From: Candidatus Omnitrophota bacterium
Lineage (GTDB): Bacteria > Omnitrophota > Gorgyraeia > JAGLLT01
Reading direction: 5' to 3'
DNA length: 64,000 bases
NCBI GenBank assembly: GCA_030632085.1
Contig: DAOVJY010000003.1
Span: forward strand, 23,809-87,808
The notes under the pieces are model-generated. The model was not told where the DNA came from, did no database searches, and saw nothing but the letters and a program-made list of their open reading frames with translations. The position numbers and the translations under genes are program-made. Position 1 is the first letter of the stretch; every line of letters begins with the position of its first letter. Below are positions 7,406 through 17,600 of this stretch, in pieces.

Positions 7406-9874
7406 ATGAATATGTCAAAAAAAGAAAACAAAACGACAATAACCGATCCATTTCAAAATAAAAAGCATATCAATTATGCTCTTGTGGAATCTACGCGTCC
7501 GATGATGTATAAAGCTCTAAAATATTGGGGCAAAAAGCCGCACAATATTTTTAGAAAGTACATCGAAAATTATACAGAGAAAAATGAGATAGTACTTGAC
7601 GCTTTTGCGGGAAGCGGTATTGCCCCATTGGAAGCAATACAGGCAAATAGAAAGGCTGTTGCGATAGATCTCAATCCTATATCCACCTTTATGATTGAAA
7701 TACTTGCTAAGCCTCTTAATTATTCAAAGTTCAGAAAATATTACAGCGAAATTTTAACAAAACTTAGCGAGGAAGAAAGAAAATTAGGGGTTTTTATTAC
7801 TAAATGTGAAAAATGTGGAAGCACTGCTAGGGTAATAGGTATTCATTGGAATGGCGATACGCCAATACTTATAAGATATGAATGTCCATGCACAAAAGGA
7901 AACCAAGGCAAAAATCCTGATAATTTTGATATCCAAATTATTAAGAAATCAGAGAAATTAAAAATTCCTTATTGGTATCCGCAAGATGAGTTTCCAAAAA
8001 CAGATTTTTTCAAATCAGTTCGAAGGGGAATTGGTGATCAATATTATAAGCTTTGGACCAAGAGAACGCTTTATTTGCTATCATTTTTGTATAAAGAAAT
8101 TGAGGATATTGATGATGAAGAAATAAAAGATTTTTTGAAATTTGCTTTTATTTCAATGATTCACCTTGTCTCAAATATGGTTTCAGCAAGAAGACCAAAA
8201 AGCAAAAGACCAGATTCTGGTAGTTGGGGAAGACCAGCATTTATTTTGCCCAAAAGACACATGGAACAAAATCCAGTTATTTTGTTTCAAAGAGCTGTTG
8301 AAGATAGGCAAGGCGTCATAAAAGCAAAAAAATCATCAGAAAAATTACTTGCAAACAAGGTAAAAATAACAAAAAACTTTCAAGAATTAGCTAACGACAA
8401 AAAAGATAAAAATTTACTCATTTTGACGATTGACACTCTGGATTTATCAAAAAATATTCCAGAAAACAGCATTGATTATGTTATAACAGATCCGCCCTAT
8501 GGTGGACTAATCCAATACTTTAGCTTGAGCAGTCTTTGGGCAATCTGGCTAAAGCATAATAACAAAAAATTTGAAATTCCCTATGAGGATGAGATAACTA
8601 TTGAACACAAAAAGGATTTTGAACGATATCATAATCTTCTCACTAAAGCATTGCGCGAAATTTATAAAGTCCTCAAACCCGGGCACTACTTAACTCTCAC
8701 TTTTCACAACAGAGAAATTAATGTTTGGAACTCTGTTATTAAGGCTGGTGCGTATTCAGGATTTGTTTTTGAAAAAATTTTATATCAACCAAATAAACGA
8801 GCTTCGGAGGCAGGAGTTGCTATGCCTTACGGTAGCGCAATAAGCGATTATTATTTGCGATTTAAGAAACCTGAAAAAGCGGGTGTGTCTGATCATCAAA
8901 AAATGGATAAAGAAGAATACGAAAGAGTTGTCGTCAAAGCCACTAAAGATATTATTGCATTAAGAAGTGAACCAACAGAAATGACTTTTATTTTGAACGG
9001 TATTTATACCGAGTTATTTTCAACAGGAAGATTTTTTGAGGGTAGCCACGACGATATTGTAAATATTCTTAAAGAAAATATCGGAAAGGTATTTGTTCTT
9101 ATTGAAAACAAGGAAGGCAAACTCGGGCCCAAATGGTGGTTAAAAAATCCAGAGGATATGCTTTTCAAACAAGTACCTTTATCAGATAGAATTGAAAAAG
9201 TAGTGCTTGATATGTTGCGTGGAAATATTAAAGTTACTTTTGATGAAATTCTACAAAAATTATTTATCACTTTCCCGAACGGGTTAACACCTGACGCAAA
9301 GGGAGTTATAGAAGTATTGAAAGAATATGCAACGACGACTGGAGATGGTCGGTGGCGATATAAACCAGAAGTAAATTATAGAGATTCTGAGCACAGCGAA
9401 ATGATTTACTATTTATCCGAAATCGGCAAAAAGGCAGGCTATAAGGTTTGGATTGGGAGTAAAGAGCAGGGCGATACTTTTAAAGATGAGAAACTTTCAA
9501 AATATTGTACTGTGCTAAATCTTAAACTTTCCGGATTTTCCGATAAAGAACTTCGCCGAATCGCAATGATAGATGTCCTTTGGTGTGACGATACTTCTGT
9601 TAAATATGTTTTTGAGATTGAAAATAGTACAAGTATTACATCTGCGATAGAAAGAGCTTCGCATATTCCGGAAGAGTACGATGTAAAAAGATTTATTGTT
9701 ATACCAGAAGAAAGACAAAAAATGCTTGAGAGAAAAATGAATGAGCCGATGTTTCAAGAAGGGTATAATAAATATAAATGGCAAACTATTCATTATGACG
9801 CATTGAAAGATTTTTATAATCTTCACAAGGGCGGCAAAACACTTAAACGCGATGATTTGTCTAACTTAAAATAA
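7406..9874 (+). CDS. Adenine DNA methyltransferase fused to C-terminal PD-(D/E)xK-like nuclease (fused R-M type)
   Basis: LDAFAGSG, CEKC...CPC Zn insert, ITDPPY; C-terminal IDVLW...FEIENSTS. Confidence 0.82.
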   Translation: MNMSKKENKTTITDPFQNKKHINYALVESTRPMMYKALKYWGKKPHNIFRKYIENYTEKNEIVLDAFAGSGIAPLEAIQANRKAVAIDLNPISTFMIEILAKPLNYSKFRKYYSEILTKLSEEERKLGVFITKCEKCGSTARVIGIHWNGDTPILIRYECPCTKGNQGKNPDNFDIQIIKKSEKLKIPYWYPQDEFPKTDFFKSVRRGIGDQYYKLWTKRTLYLLSFLYKEIEDIDDEEIKDFLKFAFISMIHLVSNMVSARRPKSKRPDSGSWGRPAFILPKRHMEQNPVILFQRAVEDRQGVIKAKKSSEKLLANKVKITKNFQELANDKKDKNLLILTIDTLDLSKNIPENSIDYVITDPPYGGLIQYFSLSSLWAIWLKHNNKKFEIPYEDEITIEHKKDFERYHNLLTKALREIYKVLKPGHYLTLTFHNREINVWNSVIKAGAYSGFVFEKILYQPNKRASEAGVAMPYGSAISDYYLRFKKPEKAGVSDHQKMDKEEYERVVVKATKDIIALRSEPTEMTFILNGIYTELFSTGRFFEGSHDDIVNILKENIGKVFVLIENKEGKLGPKWWLKNPEDMLFKQVPLSDRIEKVVLDMLRGNIKVTFDEILQKLFITFPNGLTPDAKGVIEVLKEYATTTGDGRWRYKPEVNYRDSEHSEMIYYLSEIGKKAGYKVWIGSKEQGDTFKDEKLSKYCTVLNLKLSGFSDKELRRIAMIDVLWCDDTSVKYVFEIENSTSITSAIERASHIPEEYDVKRFIVIPEERQKMLERKMNEPMFQEGYNKYKWQTIHYDALKDFYNLHKGGKTLKRDDLSNLK

Positions 9875-9878
9875 ATTT

Positions 9879-10721
9879 ATGTTAAAAAAGAATCCTCAAA
9901 AAAAAGCAAAATACGACAAACGTAACATCCTCAACGATTTAACTGGTAGGGATTGGTTGTTATTAACCAAAAGCGTTTGGATAAGCGAAAAGTGTGCTGA
10001 TGATAAGTTCGCGTTTCAACATCCAGCTCCTTTTTTAATCAATGATATTAAAAAACTGATTAGATTTTTTACTAAAAAAAATATGACAGTGCTTGATCCG
10101 TTTTGCGGTTCAGGGACAACCTTAGTCGCAAGCGCGCAAGAGAATAGAAAAGGAATCGGAATAGATTTAAGTAAAAAATATTGCCAAATGAGCCGAAAAC
10201 GCTTGCAAGATTTAAAGTTGAAAAAAAATCAACAAGTAGTTTGCGGGGATTCTCTCAAAAAAATATCTCAAATTAAAGGGAAGATTGATTATTGCGTAAC
10301 TTCGCCACCGTACCACAATATTTTAAGACATAATGGCGGTGGGTTGAGGGAGGCCAAAGCAAAAAATATTAGAAATGGTGCAAGAATTGGTGTTGAATAT
10401 TATTCCGATGACAAACGGGATTTAGGTAATCAGGCGCAATATAAAGATTTTCTCGCGCTATTAAAAAAAGTAATGATAGAGATTTATAAAAAATTGAGGG
10501 ACAAAAAATACTCCTCAATAATTATTAGTGATTTTACTGTAAATAAAAAAGAAACAAATGCAAGCGGTGATGTAATTCGGTTCATGCAAAACATAGGTTT
10601 TAGTTTTGAAGGTATGGTTGTGCTTGTTCAAGACAATAAGCCCCTTTATCCTTTTGGTTATCCTTATGCCTACAAAATGAATCACCATCATCAATATATT
10701 TTGAATTTTAGAAAACTATGA
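9879..10721 (+). CDS. N4-cytosine/N6-adenine DNA methyltransferase
   Basis: HPAPF, LDPFCGSGTT, VTSPPY. Confidence 0.9.
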   Translation: MLKKNPQKKAKYDKRNILNDLTGRDWLLLTKSVWISEKCADDKFAFQHPAPFLINDIKKLIRFFTKKNMTVLDPFCGSGTTLVASAQENRKGIGIDLSKKYCQMSRKRLQDLKLKKNQQVVCGDSLKKISQIKGKIDYCVTSPPYHNILRHNGGGLREAKAKNIRNGARIGVEYYSDDKRDLGNQAQYKDFLALLKKVMIEIYKKLRDKKYSSIIISDFTVNKKETNASGDVIRFMQNIGFSFEGMVVLVQDNKPLYPFGYPYAYKMNHHHQYILNFRKL

Positions 10722-12382
10722 ACAGAGTTTTACTAACAAAATTAAAAATAAAAAATTTAGGACCCATTAAAGAAGATGAAATTTCTTTTAATAATTTTAC
10801 ATTCTTTGTTGGAAGAAATAATGCTGGGAAGTCACATTATCTGAAAGCAATTGAATTATTACTTTCTACAGGAATAAAAAAAGAACAAATTTCTAAATTG
10901 CAACACGACAAGAATCAGCCGATTGTTATTGAAGGGGATTTTAAAGGTGTTAGTGATTTTACCGATTTGGTAACAGTAAGTAATCACAGACAAGCAATTG
11001 AGAGCGCAATAAAAGATGGGATGTTCAAAATTGTTTCTGTGTTAGATTCTGAATCAGGCGCACAGCTGGGTATTTATAAAGAGGATGGTTCTTTGCATAA
11101 TCCGGGTGGGTTCTCTGGTAATCTATTGAAAGTTTTACCGGATATCATATCAATCCCCGCGACAGCAGATACTGTACAAGAGCTAGCTGATAAATCAACT
11201 ACCGCTTTAGGAAAACTAAAAAAAGAAGTAATGAGTTCCTTTTTTCAAGAGCTAGCAAGCAAAACAAAAACTGCTTTATCAGACTTAGATGATTTTTTGC
11301 ACAGTCAAGATGAGGGGGTTCGTTCTAAAGCGATAGCTAAATTTGAAATAGGATTAAAAGAAGAATTCACGGGAGAATTTAGTGATATTGTACCTTCAGT
11401 TGAGTTTGGTTTGCCAGATGAGGCTGTAATTGCAAAGGGAATGAAAATTTTACTTGATGATGGATATAAAACAGAGGTCGAGCAAAAAGGACATGGTTTA
11501 CAAAGAGCAACATTATTAGCTCTTTTGAAATTATTAGCAAAAAGTGGGAAAAAATACCAAGACCGCCCTGCCCCCATATTTTTAATTGGAGAGTTAGAAT
11601 CTTTTCTTCACCCCTATGCTCAGCGCGAGATGGCAAATGCTTTAATTAAGATGATGGAACGGTATCAGATAGTAACAACTACACATTCACCATTTATCGT
11701 TACTCCAGCAACTATTGAAGGTTACCGCAGAGTTAGAAAAACCAAGGAGAATGGCGCCAAAAATATCGCCCTAGATCCTTCAAATGTTGATGTGAGTTTA
11801 ATCAAACGACATCTTGAGCGCCGTGGAAATCTTGAGGGGTTGTTTGCCGATAGGGTTATTTTGATCGAGGGCAGCCACGATGAAAATTTCTACGAGCGTC
11901 TAAAAACAATTTTTAATATTTCTTCTCCACAGGGAAAATTTACACTTTTCATCAAGGCCGACGGCAAGAAACAATTAAGACTTGCTAGAAAGTTTTATCA
12001 ACAGATGAGTTTTGATGATATTGCTGTAATATGCGATTTAGATTATCTCTTTAGTCGCGATGTAGAGTATCTACTCGAGAAGTTGGGATTAGAAAAAGAG
12101 TTGCCTAATAAATTTCGTGAACATATTGACTGGCAAAACGATAGAGAGTCAAAGTTAGAGTATATTGTGGAAAAATTAAGTGAGAAAGGAGAGCCTAATG
12201 GATTTGGTGACCTAATCCAAGGTTTACAGGACAAAAGAATTTTTGTCTTACGTCACGGTGCACCAGAAATGTATTACAAAAATAACAAAGGAGAGAAGAA
12301 TGGCTGGGTTCATCTCAATTCACAAAATGATTTGTTAGAGGTGGAGTATTTAAAGAAATTGATAAAATTAGTTTTAATGTAA
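10718..12382 (+). CDS. OLD-family ATP-dependent endonuclease (ABC ATPase + TOPRIM)
   Basis: GRNNAGKS Walker A, KGHGLQR signature, TTHSP, LIEGSHD and DLD TOPRIM motifs. Confidence 0.88.
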   Translation: MNRVLLTKLKIKNLGPIKEDEISFNNFTFFVGRNNAGKSHYLKAIELLLSTGIKKEQISKLQHDKNQPIVIEGDFKGVSDFTDLVTVSNHRQAIESAIKDGMFKIVSVLDSESGAQLGIYKEDGSLHNPGGFSGNLLKVLPDIISIPATADTVQELADKSTTALGKLKKEVMSSFFQELASKTKTALSDLDDFLHSQDEGVRSKAIAKFEIGLKEEFTGEFSDIVPSVEFGLPDEAVIAKGMKILLDDGYKTEVEQKGHGLQRATLLALLKLLAKSGKKYQDRPAPIFLIGELESFLHPYAQREMANALIKMMERYQIVTTTHSPFIVTPATIEGYRRVRKTKENGAKNIALDPSNVDVSLIKRHLERRGNLEGLFADRVILIEGSHDENFYERLKTIFNISSPQGKFTLFIKADGKKQLRLARKFYQQMSFDDIAVICDLDYLFSRDVEYLLEKLGLEKELPNKFREHIDWQNDRESKLEYIVEKLSEKGEPNGFGDLIQGLQDKRIFVLRHGAPEMYYKNNKGEKNGWVHLNSQNDLLEVEYLKKLIKLVLM

Positions 12383-12546
12383 CCATCCTCACACACCCAC
12401 TATTTTGTATACCGTCGCCTTCTGAAAAAATTTTGGCAAAGCCAAAAGGCAGGCAGGCAAAAAGAAAAGGAGATCCGATGGCGGATGAATTTTTGCCCAT
12501 TTTCCAGTTCTACGAAGTAAAAAGCCGAAAAAATAATAAAAAAACT

Positions 12547-12882
12547 ACTTGACAAATAGGTTAAGTAATGATATAGTTAAATTAACAAGGTAAAAGAGTT
12601 CTTTCAAATGACTATTGATATTGGAAGTAAATTAAAGGCGAAAAGAGTGCAGATGAATTTCACTCAGTTGGAACTTGCAACAAAGGTTGGAGTTAGCGAG
12701 AGTTACATCTGCCAGATTGAGAATGGGAAGATGGTATCGATCAAAAAGCTTGAGCAAATAGCAAACGCGGTAGGGTGCAAAGCAAAAGATCTTCTCTAGG
12801 ATATTTTTTTAATTTGAAACTTGACAAATAAGTTAACTAACATATATTTTTTGCCCTATAACTTTACAAATAGGTTAAGTAA
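12547..12882 (+). promoter_or_regulatory. Three 22-bp operator/promoter repeats flanking HTH gene
   Basis: ACTTGACAAATAGGTTAAGTAA (12547), ACTTGACAAATAAGTTAACTAA (12819), ACTTTACAAATAGGTTAAGTAA (12861). Confidence 0.8.
12608..12799 (+). CDS. XRE-family HTH regulator
   Basis: TQLELATKVGVSESYICQIENG. Confidence 0.9.
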   Translation: MTIDIGSKLKAKRVQMNFTQLELATKVGVSESYICQIENGKMVSIKKLEQIANAVGCKAKDLL

Positions 12883-12894
12883 GGAGGTGAGAAA

Positions 12895-13056
12895 ATGATA
12901 GAGATCAAATTTAGTAGGCAGCAATTGACAGAATTGGATAAAGAAAGATACGCGCGAATTCTTAAGAAAGTTATTACTCAAATGTCGAACCTGAATAAAA
13001 GTGCTAGCTTACCAAAGAAAATTATATTCACGGAACTAAAAATTATTTTTATGTAA
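12895..13056 (+). CDS. Small hypothetical protein (53 aa, not in ORF track)
   Basis: AAGGAGGTGA RBS; MIEIKFSRQQLTELDKERYARILKK. Confidence 0.55.
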   Translation: MIEIKFSRQQLTELDKERYARILKKVITQMSNLNKSASLPKKIIFTELKIIFM

Positions 13057-13073
13057 GAAAAGAGAGAAATAAA

Positions 13074-13247
13074 GTGCTAGAAAGCGAAATTTTATTTGTA
13101 GAAGATATTTCTAGATTGTTTAGCATTTCACAGAATACCATTCAAAGGAAAAAATGGAGAAAACAAACAGGAATGCCTTTACATAAAATAGGCAAGAAAT
13201 TGTGTGGGTTTAAGCGCGAAATTGAGGAGTGGGCTAAGTCTAAATGA
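13074..13247 (+). CDS. Excisionase / AlpA-like HTH (57 aa, not in ORF track)
   Basis: EILFVEDISRLFSISQNTI...PLHKIGKKLCGFKREIEEW; ATGA overlap with integrase. Confidence 0.78.
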   Translation: MLESEILFVEDISRLFSISQNTIQRKKWRKQTGMPLHKIGKKLCGFKREIEEWAKSK

Positions 13248-14344
13248 GAAGAAAACTCCCAGGTGTCAGAGAAATAATTAAGGGGGATAAATACGAAGTC
13301 AACTATGTAGTTGCTGGCAGGAGATATCAGTATCGCATTAATGCCGCATCTCTTACTGAAGCACACAACAAGAAATTAGAAGATATGGCAGATAAGCGTA
13401 AAAATATATCTACGCTATTAGATAATGGAGAACGTCTTAATACCGGATTTTCTGACGCCTGGGAGAGATTATACGCTGATTTAATTGCGGATAACCTACC
13501 CAGAAAGACAATACAGCATTACGCCAAGACTTATAGTAGGATGTTTAATGAGTTTATAAATTTAAGATTTCCGGATTTGATGAATTTCGGTCAGCTGAGC
13601 TTACCGTTCTTCCGGGAATATAAAAATTACTATGTTAATAATCTCAATAGACCTAGGGGCTGGAGAGCAGAGTTGATATTTGTCAAAGCGATAATAAAGC
13701 GCCTCTACGCCTTGGGTTATTGCAGCAAAGAGCTCATAGACAGCTTAAAGGAGATAAAGAAACCCCGGGCTGTCAAAAAGGAACACCCCCATATACCTAA
13801 TAGCAAAATAAAGGAATTGTTTCAATATATAAAAAATAGCAGGCCAGATTATTACTATCCTTTGTATTTTATTAGTAGGACAGGCAGAAGAATTAATGAG
13901 ACAACGCTTATAGAGCGGAGAGATGTAGAATGGAAAGGGTTTAGCCCTGCAAGGCTTAATATAAGAGCCGAGACTACAAAAACGAAACAAAATGCTCCTC
14001 TTGCAAATCTTGACCAAGAATTAAAGCAGGTTATAAGCGAAGCATATAAGGCAGGTTTAAAATGCAAGGAGCCTTATTTATTTCTTAATATGTTTAACAG
14101 AAGATGCACGCCCAGCAAGGTAAGGGAATGTCTTAAAGGAGCAAGTAAGCAGATTTTGGGAGTGGAAATTACTCCTCACTATTTCAGGCATAGGTTTTTA
14201 ACAGAATGCGGCAAAGCCAATGTACCTATCGTGGATGTTATGGCTATTTCTGGCATTAAGGATATAAATGTTATAGTTAATTATTATAGTCACAGTACAG
14301 TAGAAGGACAGACAAAAGTGCTTGAAGTTAGCAGGGTTTGGTGA
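13244..14344 (+). CDS. Phage-type tyrosine recombinase (integrase)
   Basis: TGRRINE, HYFRH and C-terminal YYSH motifs; adjacent to attR. Confidence 0.92.
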   Translation: MRRKLPGVREIIKGDKYEVNYVVAGRRYQYRINAASLTEAHNKKLEDMADKRKNISTLLDNGERLNTGFSDAWERLYADLIADNLPRKTIQHYAKTYSRMFNEFINLRFPDLMNFGQLSLPFFREYKNYYVNNLNRPRGWRAELIFVKAIIKRLYALGYCSKELIDSLKEIKKPRAVKKEHPHIPNSKIKELFQYIKNSRPDYYYPLYFISRTGRRINETTLIERRDVEWKGFSPARLNIRAETTKTKQNAPLANLDQELKQVISEAYKAGLKCKEPYLFLNMFNRRCTPSKVRECLKGASKQILGVEITPHYFRHRFLTECGKANVPIVDVMAISGIKDINVIVNYYSHSTVEGQTKVLEVSRVW

Positions 14345-14480
14345 TACAATTATGACGAATTTATGTGGTGGAGGATGTGGTGAAAGGAACATTTTGAATA
14401 TAAAAGTGTTCGAATCCCAGCCTCTCCGCCAATATAGCAAAGAGCCTATAGCATAGAGCGTAGGACAAAGATAGATTGCG

Positions 14481-14494
14481 CAGCCTCTCCGCCA
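14481..14494 (+). repeat. Second partial copy of tRNA-Ser 3' end
   Basis: CAGCCTCTCCGCCA. Confidence 0.75.
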
Positions 14495-14680
14495 GCATTA
14501 TGGCATCTTATCCTTTGATTCTAAAAAGCCTAATATGAATTATTTTAAATAGGCTTTAGGCCATAAACAAGATATTATAGGTCAATAGCTATTTTTTCTC
14601 TTGCCTCAAACTATTAGGTTATGTTATGATAAGCACTAATAAATTAAAAAAAATAGATAAACAATAGAAGGATTAGAATT

Positions 14681-17600
14681 GTGGACCAGATTCGAATGTT
14701 CTGCAGCAAAACCGAGCTTTCTAAACGCCCTAATATTAAATACGCTAAAACGCGACATAGTAGAAGTCCCCGCCTTAGCTATCTTGTGACATCAATCCTG
14801 ACGATTTTAGTTGCAATTTTTGTTTTAACTAAGGTAGTTGCTGCAGCACCTTCCTTTTTGAATTCGGAACAAAACGATATAAATTACTCCTTTAATCTTC
14901 TGGATGCCGGCATGAAAGGGGTGTTCAATATTGGCCCCGGACAAGGCACTGAAAAACGTTCATTCGATGAAACCATTGAGAAAAACGTTTTGAAATTCGG
15001 CTACTCGATACCCAAAGGGTCAGTTATGGGCGTTTGGTCACAGAGGTTTCCATCTGAGTTAGGAGCGGACGCAGTGGATGCGGTTAGGATTGGCGTCAAG
15101 GTGCCGAATCCTGAGCAGTTGCAGCAAGTGTTCGTAAAGGTAGAGATCAAAGGGGAAAAGGCCGTGCAGACTATCCCGCTTCATCTTGAACTTGGCTGGA
15201 ACTCTATTCGAGAATCTATCAACTGGAACACGATAGGTAATCTGAAGGAAGCTGTTTTTGTAGTCAGTCCAATCGGCGGTGGTGAGTCGGTGGAGGGGAC
15301 ATTGTATTTTGATATTGATTTCTACAAGCTGACGTCCTTGCAGAAAAATTTCATCTTCGTAAAAATTAGCTTGGTCTTTGTAATCAGCTTATGTCTTGCC
15401 TTAGTGAGCGCCTTTCTTGGTGGGCTGTTTGGCCGAAGTAAAAGCGGCGATTCTTCCTCCTTCGCTTTTCGAGCTTCGCAGGACAAGCCGGAGGTACCGA
15501 CTCTATCAAGGCTTAAGCGAGATTTCTTCTATGGCATAGTGGCTGTATTGATTGCAGGAGTTGCGTTTTGGATCTACTCCAGAGGCTCAATAAGTCCCTT
15601 GGAAGCAGGTTTTAGTCTTACTTTTCTGGTTATAGGGTTAATGGGCGCGGTAATTGCTGAAGTTTTGAAATTCGGCCTCACCGGCAAACATCTTACACCT
15701 CGTGAAGTTTTTCAAAATATTCTCGTAACAGGTTTCATTGCGGCCGGGTCAAGTAGGTTAGGAGTTTTACATGCTCCTTCTACTTGGACTGAATTATTTA
15801 TGTTAAACAAAGTTATCGCAACGCTTGCCTTCTTGGTGTATCACATTTCCAACGCCTTCTCGCTGGCATCTAGCGGCAAGCATACGAAAGCTTTTACAGG
15901 AGCATTGATTATTGGGACACCCTGCCTTTTAAATTGGTTGATGTTGTTACAAAATGTAATCCTTCTACAAACACTGGCAAGCAGTATGACTTTGGGGCTG
16001 CTTTCCGCCTGGCCGAAAATTCTTGAGATTATAGGTCGAGTTTTTGTCGTGTTTGTTTTCAATGAAGCTTTTATAAATGGAATGAGTTTTGCCACTAAGG
16101 GCAAGATGCTTAAGGCGTCCAAGGCTCACCTGTTTATTTTATTGGTTTCTTTAGGTGTTATCATAGCTCCAATGATTGCGGATCTGGGATCAACTACAGC
16201 TGTCGCCGGACTACCGGTAATGCTTAGAGCCATCATTGCTATTTTAACAACCATGCTATCCTTTGCGGGGCTCTGGGGAGAAGTGTATCTTATCACAGGA
16301 GTAGCCCTGGATGGCGGTTATCACAGGGCGCCTTCATGGAGGAGTGTCTTTAGTCATGTTACCACAGGCATGAGAAAAGGTATGGTATACAGCGGCATTT
16401 TGATAGCGCTTCTGTATGCGTTAAGTATGGTCTTGGGCGCACGCTTCACGCAGACAATAATAAGCTCTTTACCGATAATGATTGGAATTCTTGCCGGTGC
16501 ATTGATTTTTCCATTAATTAAGACTATTATTGAGACGTTTGATGGCAGCCAACCGTTTTCCGAACGTATGCGGCATAACTACCGTGATAAGACCTTATAT
16601 GCCAGAGGCGCAGTTGCCGGATGCGGATTTGCTTATGCGCTTACTCACGATTTTTTTCAACTAAACATGTCTGATAGGATCATATTTGGTCTCATCGTTG
16701 GCCTTATCGCATCCGCGGGCGTGAGTATCTTAAGGGATTTCACGTATGCTCGCAGAGGCCAGGGGCGAATCCAGACATGGAAACTTTATTTTACTGACGC
16801 GCTCTTAGGTGCTTTTATTGGAAGCGCCTCAGCATTCTATTTGGACTCTTTTCAGGTGCCGGTGGTCGTTGAGAAATTCAAACTCTATACGAATGCCGGT
16901 TTTTCTGCGAGGGAGTACATTACCTATCCGCTGGTTTGCAAGTGGGGCCGCATTGATTTGGGGACGTATACCGGCGGGACAAAACTTCTTTTTACCGAAT
17001 CTTTAGCCGGTGTCATCAACTGGACTATTGCTGCAGGGCTGTTCGCCATAAACAAGGTATTTTTACAGGCGTTTTTTGAGAAACACACAGCCCCGATTAA
17101 GTTCTTCTTCTCAAAGGCGGGTTTTGCTCAGTTAATCGAGCATATAATCTATGTCTTGCGGTGGGGGTTGTGGATGTCGCCTATTATATGGACCTTCTTG
17201 CGCATGATGCCGGATCCAACCTGGTACAACCAGGACGGGGGGATTCGCACCCTGTTTGCCATTTACCATGACGCGACGATGTCTCCCGGGGCATTTAGAG
17301 CCTGGAGTCTGCAGATTTTTATTTATATTCTGGCGTTTGACTTCTTCCGGGTTCTTATTTGGATGGATCACATGGGTTTGCGCGTTGCCACATTAGTTAA
17401 CTTGAGCTTCATTGGCCTGGACAGGCTTGATGAACGAATTGCGCGTTTCATCGGCCCGGCGGCAGCACAACGCTACATCCCGGAGGCCGTTAAACGTTTT
17501 TGTACATGGGGACCGTTACTTATTCCTTTCTATCTTCCGCGCGGGAAGGCGTGGGATTATGCGTGGAGCACGTCAGAAACTATGCAAAACGCTATGATAG

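Larger units (their letters stand above)
2542..14431. mobile_element. Integrative island 1 in tRNA-Ser(GCT)
   Basis: Exact 24-bp direct repeat GTTCGAATCCCAGCCTCTCCGCCA at 2542-2565 and 14408-14431; tyrosine integrase next to the right copy. Confidence 0.93.

Noticed and set aside
10718-12382. Gabija or retron system
   Set aside because: No UvrD-like GajB or reverse transcriptase nearby.
13244-14344. Integrase as integron integrase IntI
   Set aside because: No IntI-specific insertion was recognisable. It is coupled to an excisionase, abuts attR and lies more than 6 kb from the array, co-oriented with it.
14408-14431. Additional tRNA gene
   Set aside because: Only the 3' 24 nt are present; this is attR.
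2542-14431. Prophage or ICE
   Set aside because: No capsid, terminase, relaxase or T4SS genes were seen in either island.
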